64,000 nt of DNA, taken from NCBI GenBank assembly GCA_001643675.2, contig LSRY02000020.1, forward strand, positions 496,001 to 560,000. Direction: 5' to 3'. Shown one piece after another: positions 60,301 to 64,000 of this stretch. The stretch's first letter is position 1; each line of letters opens with the position of its first letter. The DNA is from Monocercomonoides exilis PA203 (lineage: Eukaryota; Protista; Preaxostyla). The translations under genes and the position numbers were made by a program. Under the pieces are notes generated by a model. That model saw nothing but the letters and a program-made list of their open reading frames with translations. It was not told where the DNA came from and made no database searches.

Positions 60301-63300
60301 TTCGCAAACTTCGCTTCCCACTTCGCTTTCTCCTCTTTCATCATCTCCCTCTCATTCAGCATCAGCTCTGCAATAATCTCTTCTCTAATGCTTTCCTCAC
60401 TCTCACTGTCAACTGCCAAGCATTTCTGCTTCTGGTTCTTTTGGTGTTTGCCGTATTTTCTGTTCTGCTCCCTCTCTTTCTGAGACTTGAAATGAATCAC
60501 ACCCATTGGCTCATCGCTTGTCTCCTGCTCGTTCGAAGACGCACTTTCATCTTCAAACTTCGCTTTTCTTTGATTCTTCGCTTCTTCTTTATATGCTTTT
60601 TGTCCCTTTTGTGTCTGTTTATTGGTTTTTCCCTCAGTCTCTTTGCTGTTCTGCTTCCTTGCCAGCTGTTTCGACCGCTTTCTCATCATCTTTCCAATCA
60701 TCTCTCCAACCTCGTCTTCGATGTCTTCTTCTGTCTGCCCTTTCTTCATCTTCACCTCCACCGCCAGATACAGCGAATCCGACTCTTCATCACTTCCTTC
60801 ATATTCTTCCATTCCTTTTATATTCCCTCTTTTCTTCAGTTCCTCTTTTGTTTGATAGCTCAAACTGCCTTTGCTTCCAGAGACAGGCGAGGAAGACGGC
60901 AGCGGGCTGGCTCCTTTCACCACTTTGCTTGTGTTGTGTCTTTTTCCTTTCCTTTTTGGCTGGCGTGCCTTCTGCTTCGTATACGACGCTTCCAACAGCC
61001 TCTTCTCTGTCTCCATGTCGAGATGCCTGGAAAGCGCTGCGGAATTCAAAGAAAAGGCGTTCTGCGCAAATTGTGGCTTCGGCGTTTTGATAGACACAGA
61101 CTTCGAACTCTGTTTGTTGCTGTGCCTTTTTGAATGCTCATCTTCTGAGGTGTCTTCAGATGAGTCTTTCTCATTCACGCCAAAATCACCTCCATCTTCA
61201 GATGTCTCTTCTTCCTCTCTTTCCTTACACTCTTCTTCTTCCTCTTCTTCTTCTTCTCTTTCTTCCTCCTCTCCCTCTTTCTCATCAACAGGCTCGAGTT
61301 CTTGCTTGGCTTCAATGATTGTCTCTCTCTTCGTCTTCCACTCAGTCACACACTCGTCTTTAATGTTCCACACACAGATCGCATTCCGCGCTCCTCTTCC
61401 GCCTGTGAGAAGATGATCCTTCGACAGAGCAATGGCACTGAAAATAAATAAATTAATTAATTAATAAATTAATAAAAATAAAAAATATGTCAAAGAGAAA
61501 CATTAAAAGTGAATTATTAAAATGAACAATACAGCAGAATAATGATTTAAATCACAGAAAAATGAATGAGTCATTCATTAAAAAAAGAAAGAAAGAAAGA
61601 AAAAACGAAAAAAAAAATCTTATTTAAAAAAATGCACATTTAACACACTAGATATCGTCATGGGGTGTGGTTATCGATATTGACGGAATCGTCACGTTTC
61701 TCTGTTTTGCTATGCGATTCGAGTATTCTTCCTCTTCTTCATCAATCAGCTGCCCTGAGCCTTCCATCCCGAACGGCGTGTCCGCGTCATTCAGAAGCAA
61801 CCCCCCTTCTCTTTGGAAATCAAACATCATCTTCTGCTTCATCTGCCTCTTCCGCTTCTCTTTCCTCCGCTTTCGCTGCTGCGTGAGGTAAATATCGTCT
61901 CCGTCCCATCTGTCGCGATATCCCTCGTCTTTCTCATAGACATCGCCATAGCTGCTTTCTGAACTCTGCTCTGAATCCCTTTCGTTCTCATCTGCATCTT
62001 CAAGCAAGTCATCCTCATCGCGCCGCTTCTGCTCATTCACAACGACCCTCACTTTGCGCTTTCCAGTGAATGCTTCAAAGGCATTGTCTACAAAAGATTT
62101 GCTCTTGTTTTTGGGTTCTTTCCTGCCCAGCCGTGCTTCTTTGAGCTGTGCCTGTGGAAGCTCCAAGTGCTGAATGCCAGCTGAAAGCGGGGCAGACGCG
62201 CTGTCTGCTGCTGTGAACAGCTCCGACGATGCAAACGCCGCAGGTGCAGAAGAAGAATCCACCACGTGCTGAGGCGCACAAAGCGCAGACGATAGCATCT
62301 TTCCTGTTTTCTGTGTTTTCTGTGCTTTTTGTGTCTTTAGTGTCTTTTGTGTTTTCCGCTGCTTTGCTGCCTTCGCCTCTCCGCACAGGTCGAAGTTGAA
62401 GTGCAGCGGGTCGTCTCGCCAAAGCGCAAGCCGTCCTCTTTCCCCGCCCGCAACCAGCGTGCGCGAGTCAAAGGCCACACACAGCAGCGCCCCTGAGGCA
62501 TGCGACGGCGGCAGGCGGTGCAGCTCGCGCTGGTCGATGAATGTCGGAGGCGCCGATAGCTGGGTGACGGAGACTGTGTGTGCACTGCCCTTTGGCGGAG
62601 TGGACAAGGCAGAGGAAGAGGAGAGCGGTGCAGATGAAGAAGGAGGAGGAGAGGAAACGCTATCTGAATGCACTGGTTCTTCATCATACGGCTGGCTGAT
62701 GTCACTTTCATCGTTTTTGCCTGGTTTCGATTTTTTAGTTCCTGATTGATCATTAGATTTTTTCTGCTTCTTGCTTTGCTTTGCCTGCTCTCTGTCATTT
62801 TCCACATCCACTTCTGTCTCTCTGGAAACCGCTCTTCTCACCATCCAAGCATCTCTGTCGATGTCGAGCAAGTACGGAGACATAAAAGACCGCAGCTGCC
62901 GCCCTGTGCTGGAGTGGAACACCTTCACATTTCCGCGATCCCCACAAGCGACAATCAGATGCTCCTGGACTTGCATCGAGCGGATTCCGTCCAAATGCGC
63001 TGTGAGAGGTGTTGTTTAATAATGATGTTTGCAATTACGGAACAAATACAGAATTTTTTTTAAAAAAAAATAGACTCACATAAAAAGAAGTGCTGCATGA
63101 TATAAAAGAAACACACCGTCAATTTTGTTAACGGTGCATATCCCTTCTTTCCATCGTTTTTGAAGTGCAATTAGATCAAACAATCTTTCTTGAAATGTTC
63201 TAATAACTGGTGTTTCTGGAGTTAATATTCCGAATGGAGAGGAAATCTGAGTAGTTAGAGATGAAAAAGATTCTGCAGTGTTTGCTAGAGGAGGAGTGGT

Positions 63301-64000
63301 TGAGACCGATAATGGAAGAGGCGATTGAGAAGAAAAAGAAAGTGTTGGCGAAGTTGGTGGAGAAGACAATGAGTTATTTGATAGGGACAACCTTCGATGG
63401 GGCGCTATTTCTTTCGATGAAATATGCTCTTCATTTCTGTTTTTATCTGTTTGAGTCTTCCAGGATGCGTAAGGAAACAAATCATTGCCCGCATGACGAA
63501 GGGCAAATAAATGTTGATGCAAACAACCTAAACATAGAACATTAAACAATGAAACATTATTTTCTATAACTTTTGAAAAGAATATGCAATAAACACTGAA
63601 GATGTGCATCAAGATTGTCTTGTAGAGCCGTCTCCATCTCAATGTTTGAACCAAGTGAAAAAGCATGTTCTTGGACATTCAAAGGAGAAAAAAAGCGATT
63701 TTCCTTTGGATGAGAAAAAGGCATTGACCATCCAAGAAGGCTCCAACTTCTTTCGATTTGAATTTGCCTTTTATAAAAATGTTTCCAGATACTTTTTGAA
63801 TAGCAATTTTTGAAAAGTTCAAAAGCATAATCAAAATAGGGGGGAAAAAATCTAACCCTGAGTGATGCGAAACATCTCTCCATTTTTTGCATCTAAAACA
63901 AAGTTCAAAATACAGAAATGATGAATATATATCACAAATTATTCAAACACAAGTGCTAGAGAACAAATCACATCCTCTGGAGAAGAATATTTAAAGATCT
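57375..64000 (-). CDS. F-box/WD40 protein (Cdc4/FBXW-like), multi-exon, 5' end beyond the window
   Basis: Spliced F-box IFKYSSPEDVICSLALVCKKWRDVSHHSGIWK at the window end. WD repeats: LRGHNGSVLALQLD..SSSADKTIRLWD, LATGGDDGAVVVWD, LLGHTRPVEAISIDQTRIVSGSLDDSIRIWDF. Confidence 0.85.
59042..59152. repeat. Degenerate (AAAAG)n tract, i.e. a long intronic polypyrimidine tract on the minus strand
   Basis: Visible pentamer repeat inside an intron of the F-box gene. Confidence 0.75.

Noticed and set aside
9341-62749. Many poly-Ser/Phe/Leu ORFs antisense to the large genes
   Set aside because: Shadows of GAA/AAG/TCT-rich coding strands.
1-64000. tRNA, rRNA or snRNA genes
   Set aside because: None recognisable by eye. 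A covariance-model scan would be needed to exclude small RNAs in the AT-rich gaps.

Overview
Eukaryotic, AT-rich, gene-dense DNA with short spliceosomal introns (5' splice sites mostly GTTTG/GTATG/GTCTG) and coding regions inflated by poly-Ser/Glu/Lys microsatellite-like insertions. It uses the standard genetic code: genes end in TAA, TAG or TGA and Gln is CAA/CAG. The style points to an anaerobic flagellated metamonad, most likely the oxymonad Monocercomonoides (inference only). About 20 protein genes can be read, several only after manual splicing: a Vps15-like WD40 C-terminus, a TmcB/C-like membrane protein ending in a hemerythrin domain, an ER Hsp70 (GRP170/HYOU1), two large low-complexity orphans, a PB1 + Cys-rich protein, RAD51D-like, an AKTIP-like E2 variant, an intronless prokaryote-type Fe-ADH, an ER thioredoxin, a multipass (GPR137/TOM1-like) protein, Prp4-like, a DHHC palmitoyltransferase, a DXD glycosyltransferase, a PHO80-type cyclin, p24, SPAG8/FAP143-like, Rrp5 and an F-box/WD40 protein. 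There is also one decayed pogo-type DDE transposase. The best candidates for new biology are (1) a self-polymerising-type PB1 domain fused to a metallothionein-like and (Gly-Pro-Cys)13 tail with about 105 Cys, and (2) a TmcB-like receptor whose hemerythrin has lost exactly the two His ligands of the O2-binding iron. All family assignments come from motif recognition by eye, not from database searches.
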